Source: Nitrososphaerota archaeon
Lineage (GTDB): Archaea > Thermoproteota > Nitrososphaeria > Nitrososphaerales > JACPRH01
NCBI GenBank assembly: GCA_023379805.1
Contig: JAMCPI010000017.1
Coordinates: 83,977 to 147,976, forward strand
Direction of reading: 5' to 3'
DNA: 64,000 bases
The notes beneath the pieces are model-generated. The model was not told the DNA's origin. It did not search any database and worked only from the letters and a program-made list of their open reading frames with translations. Shown here piece after piece: positions 48,845 to 59,099 of the stretch (within the stretch, counting starts at the first letter, position 1; every line of letters starts with the position of its first letter). The translations under genes and the position numbers were made by a program.

Positions 48845-48952
48845 CGAAGCGTTGCGTTAGGTGGTGGCTGGACTCACAGAGAAGTGAAGGCCTCCACCTG
48901 CTCCCTACTTTCCTTTTGCTCGCCACAACAAATTTTTCTCTTCTGTCTCCTA

Positions 48953-49810
48953 TTATATGTTGGAGAAGTATCCTAGTACTACAGGTACATCTGTTCCTGC
49001 ATGGAACAGGATTGATCCAAGTAGGCTGTTGGTTTTCTGTGCAACTGCTCCGAATGCTAAGCCGAGGAGGAACGTTATGGCGAGAAAGATGAGGAGAGCA
49101 GGCGTGTAGTGTGATCCGAGGTGAGATAGTGAGAAGATTACGGCTTGCAGGAGATTAGCGGTACCGGCTCCAAGCACAGTTTCATATCTTTTCAGGAAAA
49201 GCCCCCTATACCATAGTTCCTCCCTTAGGCCGTTGGCGAAAACGAACGCCAGTATCCAAGGTGACCATGAGACTACGCGTTCAACGGTCAGGTCTCGGCC
49301 GCCGAACAGCATCGTGGAGGAGGGTATAGCGGTGGCGAGGAAGAACAGGAAGGTTGCAGCGCCTATGATGAGCCCTATTCGAAGCCTTCCCTTCTTCAGG
49401 TAAATCGAGTCCATACTGTTACCTGAAAACTTGGTCAACAGAACTATCGAGGCGACTATCGATACGGTGCTCAGTATCTTCTGGAAAACTATGCCGTCAA
49501 TTGATGACGGTAGGATTCCTTCTCTATATATTGGCCAAACTGCGCCAACAACGACTTGTTCTAGCGCGAATGCGAGAGCGGCGGTGAAGAAGGCGAGCAG
49601 GACCTGAAAGTGTTTTTCCAGACGATTGCTCCTACGCAGCAGCACTATAGCTACTAGAAACGGAGCGGTAATAATGATGCGATATACAGTTTTGGTGTCC
49701 CCGGTCATGAAGATTGGGGCGACAAAAACCGTTAAACCGCATGCTAGAAAAAACATGAATAGCATAGCGCGGTGCAGCACGTCTTTGCTGTCGTTGAACT
49801 TGTTCTCCAT
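48953..49810 (-). CDS. CPBP (CAAX/Abi) family intramembrane glutamic endopeptidase
   Basis: EELWYRG, FSLSH and FHAGTD motifs in TM helices. I moved the start to the ATG at 49810 (MENKF..). Confidence 0.8.
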   Translation of the reverse strand: MENKFNDSKDVLHRAMLFMFFLACGLTVFVAPIFMTGDTKTVYRIIITAPFLVAIVLLRRSNRLEKHFQVLLAFFTAALAFALEQVVVGAVWPIYREGILPSSIDGIVFQKILSTVSIVASIVLLTKFSGNSMDSIYLKKGRLRIGLIIGAATFLFFLATAIPSSTMLFGGRDLTVERVVSWSPWILAFVFANGLREELWYRGLFLKRYETVLGAGTANLLQAVIFSLSHLGSHYTPALLIFLAITFLLGLAFGAVAQKTNSLLGSILFHAGTDVPVVLGYFSNI

Positions 49811-49974
49811 AAGACAATCGTGTGCGCCAGCGCAGTCTCTAAAAAATCTTTCACAATAGTACGGAAATAGTAAAATTAGGTTTAATTCGGAGAAAGGCTT
49901 CGTTAAAAGTTGAGGTTTGGTGGCGGTGCCCCACCCCGTATGGGTGGGGTACACGTTCTTCTTAGGTTGTTAAG

Positions 49975-50595
49975 TTACCTGTGGAAGTTCCTTGCTGTAG
50001 CTTGGTGTAGTTCTCCTGGAACGGCTAGATTGCCGTTGAATGTAGCGTAGAAGCTTTCGCCGTGGTTTGTGGGTGAGCTGGCTGCGTAGCCGGCTGGTCC
50101 TACTCCTGTAGTTTCAGTTGTTGTGATTACTACCGCGGCTCTGGGTTTTGTGCAGAAGCTGAATGTTCCAGTTTGTCCGGGGAGGATGCCGTTAACGTAG
50201 TCAGCGAATGTTATCCAGTTGCCGTCGACCGATGACGATATACCCGGTCCCTTTACGTTATGTACTTCACCGACCGCTAGATTTGTGGCCGCTTGGACTC
50301 CGAACCATGCGACTCCTCCGAAAGATGTTCCTAATGTGGTTGGCGGCTTGAAGTTGATGTTATGCACTATATACTGCCAAGTTTGGTCGTGAGGACGACT
50401 ATCGGTGCAGCCGTTGAGATGTTTGACTGTGATTTGGATTTGCCCTAGAATAGTGGGTTCTGTCCAGGTGAAAGAGTACTGGTCTATCAGCTTAGGCTTA
50501 GCCGCTGCGAATGTACTCAAATTCAACACCAGTAGAGACAAGATGATAAAAATACTTGATATGACTACTAATGGTTTAGGCTTCATAGATATCAA
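49975..50595 (-). CDS. Secreted hypothetical protein
   Basis: Signal peptide ..LNLSTFAAAKP. No family motif. Confidence 0.5.
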   Translation of the reverse strand: MISMKPKPLVVISSIFIILSLLVLNLSTFAAAKPKLIDQYSFTWTEPTILGQIQITVKHLNGCTDSRPHDQTWQYIVHNINFKPPTTLGTSFGGVAWFGVQAATNLAVGEVHNVKGPGISSSVDGNWITFADYVNGILPGQTGTFSFCTKPRAAVVITTTETTGVGPAGYAASSPTNHGESFYATFNGNLAVPGELHQATARNFHR

Positions 50596-50696
50596 AGATA
50601 TGTAATAGGGCTCTCAAATATTTATTCGAGTTGATTACAAATTAAGAGATAGTAATCCAAGTGAGTGTTTGAAGCGCCCCGCGATGGTTAAGACGA

Positions 50697-51263
50697 TTAT
50701 TTTTTCCCTGTTTTACTTTGTCTTTCCAGCTTGTCTAGTCTCTTTTCTATCTGTTTAATCACGGTTTGCAGGTGGGTTCGTCCATGTTTGAGTGTGCGTA
50801 TTTGTTCGTCAACAGGTTTGTCTTCTAGGCTTTTTCCGAATGGGAGAAGTGCAAACGGTTTAGGTGATGGGGGGAGTTTAGTCTCCAGCATGTCGTGGGC
50901 GAATTCGCGGAACAAGTTACTGATAGCCTCTGCCATCTGCTGCTGCTTTTTCAGCGCGACCTCTAAGAGCTGCTTGCCCTCATCAGTTATTTCGTAGTTC
51001 TTCTTTTTGCGTTTGCCTTCGCTTCTCCACTTGCCTTTGATGTACCTGTTCTCTTCCAGTTCTTTGAGTATGGGGTAGACTCCTCCGGCTGTTAATGTCC
51101 AGACGCCTAGGGTTTCTTCCTTGATCTTTTTCATGATATCGTAGCCTGTTAAAGGCTTCTTGCTGAGAAGTGTAAGTATCACAAGCTTGGTGTAGCCTTT
51201 ACGCATAGCCGTCTCCCACATCTCAGCTATCTGCTCTGCTCTACCACCACCGCTACTACTCAT
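50697..51263 (-). CDS. PadR family transcriptional regulator
   Basis: LVILTLLSKKPLTGYDIMKKIKEETLGVWTLTAGGVYPILKELEENRYI..Y.ITDEGKQ. Divergent from the ABC operon. Confidence 0.8.
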   Translation of the reverse strand: MSSSGGGRAEQIAEMWETAMRKGYTKLVILTLLSKKPLTGYDIMKKIKEETLGVWTLTAGGVYPILKELEENRYIKGKWRSEGKRKKKNYEITDEGKQLLEVALKKQQQMAEAISNLFREFAHDMLETKLPPSPKPFALLPFGKSLEDKPVDEQIRTLKHGRTHLQTVIKQIEKRLDKLERQSKTGKK

Positions 51264-51414
51264 CCGTTCAAAGCACCTCCGAGTAGTCTGTGCTGGAAGA
51301 AGGCGGGAAGCCGGCGTTCATTGAGTCCCGCTCAGGGGAGCGGTATATTTAAATGCTATATATTTCGCCGCTACATATGGCGGAGAAGAAGCGTTGACCG
51401 CTGAAAGTAACGCG

Positions 51415-52422
51415 ATGATTGAGGTCAGAAATCTCACAAAGAAGTTTAACGATTTCACCGCTGTCAACGACGTCTCTTTTGATGTTAAGCACGGTGAGAT
51501 ATTCGGTTTACTCGGCCCCAACGGGGCGGGGAAATCCACGACAATTAGGATGCTCGCCACATTGACGAGACCTACTGCAGGCACCATCAAAATCGGCGGT
51601 CACGACATCGTAAAGGATGACGACCGGGTAAGGAACCTAGTGGGCTTAGTCTCCGAAAAGATGATTCTTTACGAGCGGTTAACCGCTAAAGAGAATCTCT
51701 GGTTCTTCGGAAAACTCTACAATATTCCAAGAGACACCCTAAACAAAAGGATTGATGAGCTGCTGGAGATGGTTCAGCTCAGCCAGTGGAAAAACGCTAA
51801 GGCCGGCACCTTCTCAACAGGTATGCGGCAGCGGATGAATGTTATACGGGCGCTGCTTAACATGCCGCAGGTACTTTTCCTTGATGAGCCTACGTTAGGC
51901 CTAGATCCTCAGTCATCAGTCGAGATAAGGGAGTTCGTGAGAAAGATTAGTAAGGAGAGCAAGACCACGATAATTCTAACCACACATATGATGGTTGACG
52001 CCGATATGCTCTGTGACCGAATAGGCATAATGGATCACGGAAAGATCGTTGCGCTTGACACATCGAAGAATTTGAAGAAGATTGTTTCAGGAACAGATCA
52101 TAACATCTTGAATCTGGATGTCGCAAACCTAAACACTAGGGCTGTTGCATCGATTCGGTCTCTCAAATGCGTCACACAGGTTTCTCAGGAGAGCTCTACT
52201 CGCCTCAAACTCCACATTACCGGGGAGGAAGCGTTTGATACGATAATAGATACTTTGAGGGCTCAGAAATGCAGGATAAACTCGGTGGAGCATCTCGAAC
52301 CTACGCTTGAAGATGTGTTTCTTCACATAACCGGTCGCGATGTTAGAGATAAGGCGGATCAGAAGCCTTCTATGGAGTCTGGTCACCGTCACTTCATGAT
52401 GCCGAGGAGCAGAGTTAGGTAA
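51415..52422 (+). CDS. ABC transporter ATP-binding protein (ABC-2/DrrA-like)
   Basis: Walker A GPNGAGKST, signature FSTGMRQR, Walker B VLFLDEPT. I chose the ATG at 51415 (MIEVRNL); the track offers TTG at 51394. Confidence 0.9.
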   Translation: MIEVRNLTKKFNDFTAVNDVSFDVKHGEIFGLLGPNGAGKSTTIRMLATLTRPTAGTIKIGGHDIVKDDDRVRNLVGLVSEKMILYERLTAKENLWFFGKLYNIPRDTLNKRIDELLEMVQLSQWKNAKAGTFSTGMRQRMNVIRALLNMPQVLFLDEPTLGLDPQSSVEIREFVRKISKESKTTIILTTHMMVDADMLCDRIGIMDHGKIVALDTSKNLKKIVSGTDHNILNLDVANLNTRAVASIRSLKCVTQVSQESSTRLKLHITGEEAFDTIIDTLRAQKCRINSVEHLEPTLEDVFLHITGRDVRDKADQKPSMESGHRHFMMPRSRVR

Positions 52423-52433
52423 GTGAGTAATTG

Positions 52434-53630
52434 ATGAGTGTTAAGAGTTTACTGACACACAGCTTCATGGTTGCTTGGAAGGATCTGATGGAGCTTTTCA
52501 GGAACAAGATGGGGTTAGCTGTGCTTGTGGTGATGCCGATATTCATGATGGGCATGGTCGGATTCATATTTCCTTCCAGCAGCTCCATGGGTCACGTCAA
52601 CATCGGCTTAGCGAATGAGGATCAAGGATACGGCGGCTACCTGAACGCTGGTTCAGCGCTCGCCACCGGTTTGGAGGAGATAAACAACAGCACAGGCAAG
52701 ATGACCATCACTCATGCTTCAAGCCTCAGCGAGGTGCAGGACATGATTCAGCGAGGCACGATTGACGGCGGCGTAGTTATTCCGCGCAACTTCAGTTCAA
52801 GCATTGCAAGCGGGAAGCAGGGAACAATCATAGTTGTAACTGATGAAACTAATCCTCAGATGTCATCTGTTATGCGAACCTCTATGACGACCCTGTTCCA
52901 GCAGATAGGTACGCAGGTGGCGCGGCAGAACGTTGAGTGGCTGAGTCCATCGGTTAACGCCAGCAACTCTCTTGCAGTGGTCGCGCCTTACAATGTTCAG
53001 GCGGAGGGGGCTGTTGCGGGGAGTTTCAACTACTTCGATTTCATGGCGCCGGGGTTAATGGCCATGACAGTGATGATGAGCGTTATGACCGGGCTCCCAG
53101 CAGCCATTTCGCATGAACGGGAGGTCGGGACACTAGACGGAATGATGGTAGCCCCGATCAATAGGCTCGCAGTAGTACTTGGAAAAACGCTAGCTCAAAC
53201 AGCTAGAGGGCTGCTTCAAGGAACACTGATACTCGCATTGTCAATAGCTCTTTTCGGCGTAACCATACACGGGAGTCTACTGCTAATCTTTGCGTTGCTG
53301 CTGCTCGGCGTATTCAGCTTCGTAGGCATAGGCATCGTGTTAACCTCCTTCACAAAGGATCAGGAAACAGCCACGATGGTGATGACGACAATTATGTTCC
53401 CAATGATGTTCCTAAGCGGCGTATTCTTCCCAATACAGCAAATGCCTTGGTACATGCAGAACATATCCCGTATGCTTCCATTAACCTACGCAGCCACCGC
53501 TCTAAGAAAAGTAATGGTGTTCGGAGCCGGAGTCCCAACGATAACCACCGAGCTAACCATACTAATTGGGCTCGGCGTCATCATGACAATAATCGCAGTA
53601 CCCGTCTTCAAAAGAGCTATGACGCGGTAA
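52434..53630 (+). CDS. ABC-2 type transporter permease
   Basis: Same architecture as 21120-22286: TM, large loop, 5 TM. Confidence 0.85.
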   Translation: MSVKSLLTHSFMVAWKDLMELFRNKMGLAVLVVMPIFMMGMVGFIFPSSSSMGHVNIGLANEDQGYGGYLNAGSALATGLEEINNSTGKMTITHASSLSEVQDMIQRGTIDGGVVIPRNFSSSIASGKQGTIIVVTDETNPQMSSVMRTSMTTLFQQIGTQVARQNVEWLSPSVNASNSLAVVAPYNVQAEGAVAGSFNYFDFMAPGLMAMTVMMSVMTGLPAAISHEREVGTLDGMMVAPINRLAVVLGKTLAQTARGLLQGTLILALSIALFGVTIHGSLLLIFALLLLGVFSFVGIGIVLTSFTKDQETATMVMTTIMFPMMFLSGVFFPIQQMPWYMQNISRMLPLTYAATALRKVMVFGAGVPTITTELTILIGLGVIMTIIAVPVFKRAMTR

Positions 53631-53776
53631 AGCAAGAAACCATCTGAATCTTGCGGCACCACAGACCTACAAGAATCAAGATCAAACGTTAACTGATATT
53701 GACAAGCTAGTTTTCGCTGGTTAACTCAACTTTCTAATCCTTCCAGTCAGCCGATAGGTGCCGGCTAACAAAGCAC

Positions 53777-54694
53777 CTACACTCTTTTTCTTAGAATGAC
53801 AATTGCAAGGACTGCAGCAACTGCAGTGGCACCTATTGCCCAAGCGTAAACTAGAGGTTCTGTAACTCGCTCAGTGGATATCTCTGTAACTGTGCTTGTG
53901 AATGTGGTTAACGCATTCCCTGTTGCCGACGTGCTTGTAATGGTCGGTAGGTTGGGTGTTGCGGCCGTGGACATAGTAGTGGTTGAGTTACCAGTAGATG
54001 TTACAGTAACAGTTCTAGTCGAAGTTACTGTTGATGTAATTGTTCTGTTAATGGACGAGCTTGTGCATGAGGTATTTGTTGTTATGCTGGTGGTGATTGT
54101 TGAAGTGTTGCCATTGACTATCGTTAGAATGGTAGGGTAACTTGTCTCTTCGATGTTAATTCCGGTCACATAGAGACTCAGAGACAGATTATAGCTTCTT
54201 ACAGTTGTATCTGGCGCAGCTGTTATTTGCATTGTTACTGTTCCGTGGGAACTCGGTGCAAGTGTTAAGTTAGACGGAGTAAAATTGTATGTGATGCCGT
54301 TAGGTGTCCGGAAAGAGGGACCACCGGTAAACCACCCATTAGTCCAAGGAGGAATCCCGCCGTACTTCCACGCTCCGATATAGACAGTTAGCTGCTTCTC
54401 ATAGGACGTGAATATTATGTTAAACGTTCCTGTAGTGCCTTGTTTTAAAACAAATACCGGCACATTGGAATATTTTACGTCAGGATTCATCATAACCTTA
54501 TCGAAACCCTTAGCATTATCAAGATCAAGATAGTAGTCGATATCACTGTGTGTAGGTTGCTCCAAAGCGTAAGATGAGTAAATGGCACCACAGGAAACCA
54601 GTAACAGTTGAGCCGCTAGTATTAGTGTAGCTACATGCAACAAGATATTCAATCTAATCAGACGATTTAATGGGGGGAAGTTAGAATTAAGCAT
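53777..54694 (-). CDS. Secreted protein with a Thr-rich stalk and C-terminal TM anchor plus basic tail
   Basis: Signal anchor, a ~190-aa domain, T/S-rich low complexity, then ..VYAWAIGATAVAAVLAIVILRKRV at the C-terminus. Confidence 0.55.
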   Translation of the reverse strand: MLNSNFPPLNRLIRLNILLHVATLILAAQLLLVSCGAIYSSYALEQPTHSDIDYYLDLDNAKGFDKVMMNPDVKYSNVPVFVLKQGTTGTFNIIFTSYEKQLTVYIGAWKYGGIPPWTNGWFTGGPSFRTPNGITYNFTPSNLTLAPSSHGTVTMQITAAPDTTVRSYNLSLSLYVTGINIEETSYPTILTIVNGNTSTITTSITTNTSCTSSSINRTITSTVTSTRTVTVTSTGNSTTTMSTAATPNLPTITSTSATGNALTTFTSTVTEISTERVTEPLVYAWAIGATAVAAVLAIVILRKRV

Positions 54695-55256
54695 TACTGG
54701 ACAAGACGCTGCAATTATCTAGACACAGTTGGGCTTTCAGTATTATTATTGTGGAAAAGTAGGTCCAGTGATTATCTTTTCAGCACAATTCTCCGTTGAG
54801 TGGGCGTTAGATCCCTTTTGACTTTATTATATCAAAAGCTGATAAGCGTTACTCTACCCTTGGAGTTTGCATTCCGCCTGAACGATACGATGGAGGAAAA
54901 GATACAACGCCTCACCTCATCTTCGGATATGAAGGGTTGAGAATATATCCCCTCTGACGCCGGAAGAATCACTATTTACCTTCTCTAGACCCGAAAGCAT
55001 GTCCACCTCGTAAACATTTTTCAGACCAAAGATCTTTTTGCTCAATTATCACTTGAACATCCAATACGAAACCACCTGCATACTACTGTTAATATCATCC
55101 ACAACGTGTCCTACTTACGTGACAAATTGCCCCGTACGATCATCGTTGCCTTTACCCACAGTTAGAGTAATAAGAAAAACAAAAATGAAGGGGGCGAACC
55201 GACTTCAGGTTGGTCTAGAGTAAGTTGAGTCGGTTCAGCCTATTCTTTGCTCTGCT

Positions 55257-55976
55257 TTAGATATGTGGTATTGATTCTGCTATCTTCACTAGCTCTTGCA
55301 ATGGGAGGTTGGCGATTACTTCGTAATGTATTCCTTCTCTGCTCCACCATTGGATATCGCCTTTGTCCTGTATCGGTGTGTAGATGGGGTCATACCCGTA
55401 ACCTGGGACACTTCCCACCATTATGGGTTGAGCGCGGTTTGGAACTACTGTGGTTACTGGAAGATTTTCAGTATGTTGATTTCCGTCTTTGTCAATTATG
55501 GTTATTGTCTGTGTCTGCTGATTCTCTATTGCAAGAATCTTTTGGAAGCTTTCTAACGAGGTGCCGTCTCTCTGCGCTATAATTACTATCTGAACATCTT
55601 GGGTGTAGAAACCGATCCTCTCTAGTTTGGGATTAGTATATGTCAGTACTGCGAGACTACCATCGTCAACCATCTTAACCTTGGACAGTGAGGTCCCTTC
55701 AGGCAGATACGTAGGTTGACCGAGCCTTGACGATGCCATTACCTCGGACGGAGTAGCGTCCCTACCCGCATAATCCAAATTATAAGTCGGTCTTAGCGTT
55801 CCACTTTGGTATTCTATCTCACCATTGCTTACAGGCCGAGCCACTACTGGAGATGAGTGAATTGTTGCAGAGAAGCCTGTTGACGATAAGGCGAGAGCGA
55901 CTACAGCGATTATTATCGCTCCGACTGTAATGACTGATCCGATAACTTTCAGACTTGGTTTCATCATTATGGGCAC
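55257..55976 (-). CDS. Membrane-anchored DUF4367-like protein
   Basis: N-terminal TM. The C-terminal GDIQWWSREGIHYEVIANLPLQELVKIAESI resembles the DUF4367 terminus. 10-nt overlap with the upstream gene. Confidence 0.45.
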   Translation of the reverse strand: MPIMMKPSLKVIGSVITVGAIIIAVVALALSSTGFSATIHSSPVVARPVSNGEIEYQSGTLRPTYNLDYAGRDATPSEVMASSRLGQPTYLPEGTSLSKVKMVDDGSLAVLTYTNPKLERIGFYTQDVQIVIIAQRDGTSLESFQKILAIENQQTQTITIIDKDGNQHTENLPVTTVVPNRAQPIMVGSVPGYGYDPIYTPIQDKGDIQWWSREGIHYEVIANLPLQELVKIAESIPHI

Positions 55977-58180
55977 GCCACCTGTGGATCCGTATACATG
56001 CAGTACTCGTTAACGGACATCTTATAAGACTCCAGGGGATCATAACTTGGTGCATAGCCGGAAATTTCTTTGAAACTGTAACTTTTCCCCCAGTTGATCC
56101 AATTTAGGGTGCTACCGACTTTCTGAGCATTCTGTAGATCTTTGAAGTGCGCGGTGCCTGAACTCCTAGTGTTGTGCATTTCTTGCATTACCTTCGTTAG
56201 GGTGCTGCTGCTGTTCGTCAGCGATGCTCCAGTGAGGACGATTGTGGAGTGGTCGTTACTTTCAATTGTTGAGTTCCAAGTATAGTAGCTTGGATTAGGA
56301 TCTCCGTTCACTGTAAAGGTTGCCCAATGGTCCACGGTCGGAAATATGTTTGGACTAGCCCAAGTGGAAATGTCTGTGTATACAAGTCCGCCGCCAGTTT
56401 GTTGATAGCCCCTGAAGTAGTGCGGTGTTGACATGGCTGTCATGCCGTAAGTGGTGTAGTTTCCTTTGAACCAGCCTAATTCTATCCATAGCCCGTTTAT
56501 TTCTGTTGCGACTATCATTGCTCCGCCTACGCTGGCATCAGTTTGATAGGTCCCACATATGTACGGATTTGTAATCAATGACTTACCCTTAAGACCATAC
56601 TTTAGGTAATTGTCATAAGTTTTGTTATCTATTCCATATGCGTAGATATATCCCCCACTGGTCAGTTCTATGCCGCAGTTTTGTGATCCTGCTACGCCAA
56701 CTCTTGAGTCGCTGACTGTGATGCCGTCAACCCAGACGCTCCAGGCGGTATAACTTTGAGCTGAAGAGGGTACTCCCACCCTTATGCTGCCAGGTTGAGC
56801 AGAACTTGTGTCCAGACCTGTAATTGTGATTATTTCTGAGCCATTTAGATATACGCGGTATTCACCGGCTGTTGAATCTCTGACGTACTTGAATTCAATG
56901 TTCTGCCAAGTGCTGTTCTGGATATTCAAGGGTGTAGAGTAGTTGAACTTGGTGGCTGGGACAAATCTCTTGAGTTCAATCATCTCTTTGCCGTTGCTAC
57001 CTCTGTAGAGTCGTAACGCGGCTATGTCGCTATCGGTGCTGCTCTTGAGCTCGAAGAACTCGGTCAAGTTACCAGAATCATGTGGAAACCTGTCTGTTCT
57101 CACATACATCTGCATCCAGAAGGTGTTGCCTAGGTTTGTGAAGTTCTCGCTGCCAGAGTAGTAGCCCCAACCGGTTTTAGATGTTGCAGCGAACTTTAAC
57201 GACTGTGAGCCTTCGACCTTCGTACCCGTATCGTTGGAGAATGTGCCGCTGCTGGTGGAGCTCCAATCCCAGTTCTCATAGAGACCTTTCTCGAAGCCAT
57301 CCCTGAACACTACACCTGTGTAGGGGGTGCCGATTCTGGTTGTGTTGCTCACCTGCACATCGTCCACCCATGCAGACCAGCTCTGCTGTGAGGAGGGGTA
57401 AGCTGAGTAGGGTGCTCCGACACGCATCGACTTAGGTTTGGTTTCCGTGCCAGACCGAATAGTGTCAATGTTTTTCATCGTTATTACATCCATGCCGTTA
57501 ATGTAAACTCTGAACTCGCCCTGTGTTGAGTGGCGGTACATCTTGAACTCAAGCGTATACCATGTATTTGCTTGCAGGGCCAGGTTACCGGAGTAGTTGA
57601 ACAGTGCAGGAGATGGAAGATAATACTTTAATTCGAGCATCTCCTTGTCGTTTTGACCTTTGTAAAGCCGTACCCCTACAATAGGATTGGCAGCGCTGTT
57701 ATAGATCTGTAGGACCTCGACCTTCTTCTCAGCTTGGCTTGGATACGGGCTGACCTTAACATACATCTGCACCCACATTGTATCGGTTATCTTGTCAAGG
57801 GGTGCTTCACCTACCCGAGCATAGCCGTAGCTGCTGTTCGTATTGCCGGCGAACTTGAGGGATCGAGAGCCAACGATACCTACATCATTAGAGAGTGTGC
57901 CGCTCACCTGATTCGTCCAGTTCCAGTTGCCCGTGGAGTTGGTACCAGCTTCAAAACCGTTCCTAAATACGACGTTAGGAGCCGCTGCCGCTTTCGGGAG
58001 TGTTGAAGGAGCTACAGTGAATAAGGTTAGTGGAAAGATTGACGCGATTAGCAGTGTGATTACTGCTGTGCTTGCAAGTTTGGGTGCTGCTCTTCTTACA
58101 GTTTTGATCGCTTGCCGACCTACCCGCCGGAGCATTCGTTTGGCTCCGAAAAGGGCTGGTGGGCCGGTGTCGATCCGCAT
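55967..58180 (-). CDS. Large exoprotein with two tandem ~210-aa ConA/LamG-like repeats and a distinct C-terminal domain
   Basis: The repeats (57329-57973 and 56696-57313) share VVFR(N/D)GFE..W(N/D)W..SGT(L/F)SND..S(R/Q)SLKFA...W(V/M)QMYV...LRLY(K/R)G..KEM(L/I)ELK...E(F/Y)RVY(I/L)NG...RVG.P...W(V)D. The start is uncertain (M at 58180 or 58135). Confidence 0.6.
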   Translation of the reverse strand: MRIDTGPPALFGAKRMLRRVGRQAIKTVRRAAPKLASTAVITLLIASIFPLTLFTVAPSTLPKAAAAPNVVFRNGFEAGTNSTGNWNWTNQVSGTLSNDVGIVGSRSLKFAGNTNSSYGYARVGEAPLDKITDTMWVQMYVKVSPYPSQAEKKVEVLQIYNSAANPIVGVRLYKGQNDKEMLELKYYLPSPALFNYSGNLALQANTWYTLEFKMYRHSTQGEFRVYINGMDVITMKNIDTIRSGTETKPKSMRVGAPYSAYPSSQQSWSAWVDDVQVSNTTRIGTPYTGVVFRDGFEKGLYENWDWSSTSSGTFSNDTGTKVEGSQSLKFAATSKTGWGYYSGSENFTNLGNTFWMQMYVRTDRFPHDSGNLTEFFELKSSTDSDIAALRLYRGSNGKEMIELKRFVPATKFNYSTPLNIQNSTWQNIEFKYVRDSTAGEYRVYLNGSEIITITGLDTSSAQPGSIRVGVPSSAQSYTAWSVWVDGITVSDSRVGVAGSQNCGIELTSGGYIYAYGIDNKTYDNYLKYGLKGKSLITNPYICGTYQTDASVGGAMIVATEINGLWIELGWFKGNYTTYGMTAMSTPHYFRGYQQTGGGLVYTDISTWASPNIFPTVDHWATFTVNGDPNPSYYTWNSTIESNDHSTIVLTGASLTNSSSTLTKVMQEMHNTRSSGTAHFKDLQNAQKVGSTLNWINWGKSYSFKEISGYAPSYDPLESYKMSVNEYCMYTDPQVACP

Positions 58181-58346
58181 TTTTACGACACCTTTTGTGG
58201 TGTCACTTGTGTACATGCGGTTGCACATGTACCATAGAACGGTAAAAATGTTACTTCTATGGTACATATAGATTACTTAGAGAAACCTTAATAGGCAGGC
58301 TTAACAGTATCTAAGACGCCCAAACCGTAAAGAGCGTTGAGCGACA

Positions 58347-58562
58347 GTGCCAAAGACTAAAGGGGAGCAAACCACAGTTAGAATCACAGCTGGATTGAAG
58401 GACGCGGTAAACGAGTACCTGCAAACAGAGGAAGCAAAGCAGCTAGGACTCGATTCCCAGTCAGATGTTGTAGCCCAAGCATTAAGAGAGTTCCTCAATG
58501 ATCAGGGGTATTACCGCCGCCGTTTTGGCTCCGCTTCTGGTGCCGAAAAAGATACCAGGTAA
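58347..58562 (+). CDS. Ribbon-helix-helix (CopG-like) protein (tentative)
   Basis: TTVRITAGLKDAVNEYL...SQSDVVAQALREFL fits the RHH pattern. The 3' end overlaps the convergent ORF by 68 nt. Confidence 0.45.
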   Translation: MPKTKGEQTTVRITAGLKDAVNEYLQTEEAKQLGLDSQSDVVAQALREFLNDQGYYRRRFGSASGAEKDTR

Positions 58563-58857
58563 GGATAAGATACATCAGCTTACCGTCGTCGGTGTTAATC
58601 TGCTTCTTCACCTCTTTTAGCATCGAGTGAATGTCAAGGTTGCGCGCAAAGTAGTTCTTGAACTCCAGCAACGCGGAGTCATCCTCCTCCCGCGCCTCTA
58701 TCAGCGATTTCAAAGACAGCTCAAGATCCTCAACATCAGCGTCCAGATCATCAAAGTGCTGCTGAGTCATCTCAATATGCTCGTCCAGGGCGCGCTGCAT
58801 CTTCTCAAGGCTACTCTTCACATATTTTTCCAGAGACTCGGTATCTTGAGGAGACAT
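58495..58857 (-). CDS. Acidic coiled-coil hypothetical protein
   Basis: ORF only. Heptad-like acidic sequence. The C-terminal 20 aa look non-native and overlap the RHH gene. Confidence 0.4.
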   Translation of the reverse strand: MSPQDTESLEKYVKSSLEKMQRALDEHIEMTQQHFDDLDADVEDLELSLKSLIEAREEDDSALLEFKNYFARNLDIHSMLKEVKKQINTDDGKLMYLILTWYLFRHQKRSQNGGGNTPDH

Positions 58858-59099
58858 TATCCGAACAAAGACAACAGTTTCTTAAAAGGATGATGTTCTC
58901 GCGGTTTTCTCCAAATATCAAGTATAATTAACACATACATAAAATGAATAAGAATATTTATTCTAAGGTTTATCTTATTTTTAGGTATCGGCACCTCTCC
59001 CCTTTGAGTGATAATAACATTGAAGAGTTTCGTCAGTTCGTGAGTGTGCTGCCGAGTCATCTGATAATCTCTATATTGTAGGATGCTGTTACATCGCTT

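Noticed and set aside
55247-55582. Plus-strand ORFs 55247-55582 and 55296-55556.
   Set aside because: They are antisense to the DUF4367-like gene, which has a TM anchor, a conserved C-terminal motif and operon coupling to the upstream exoprotein gene.
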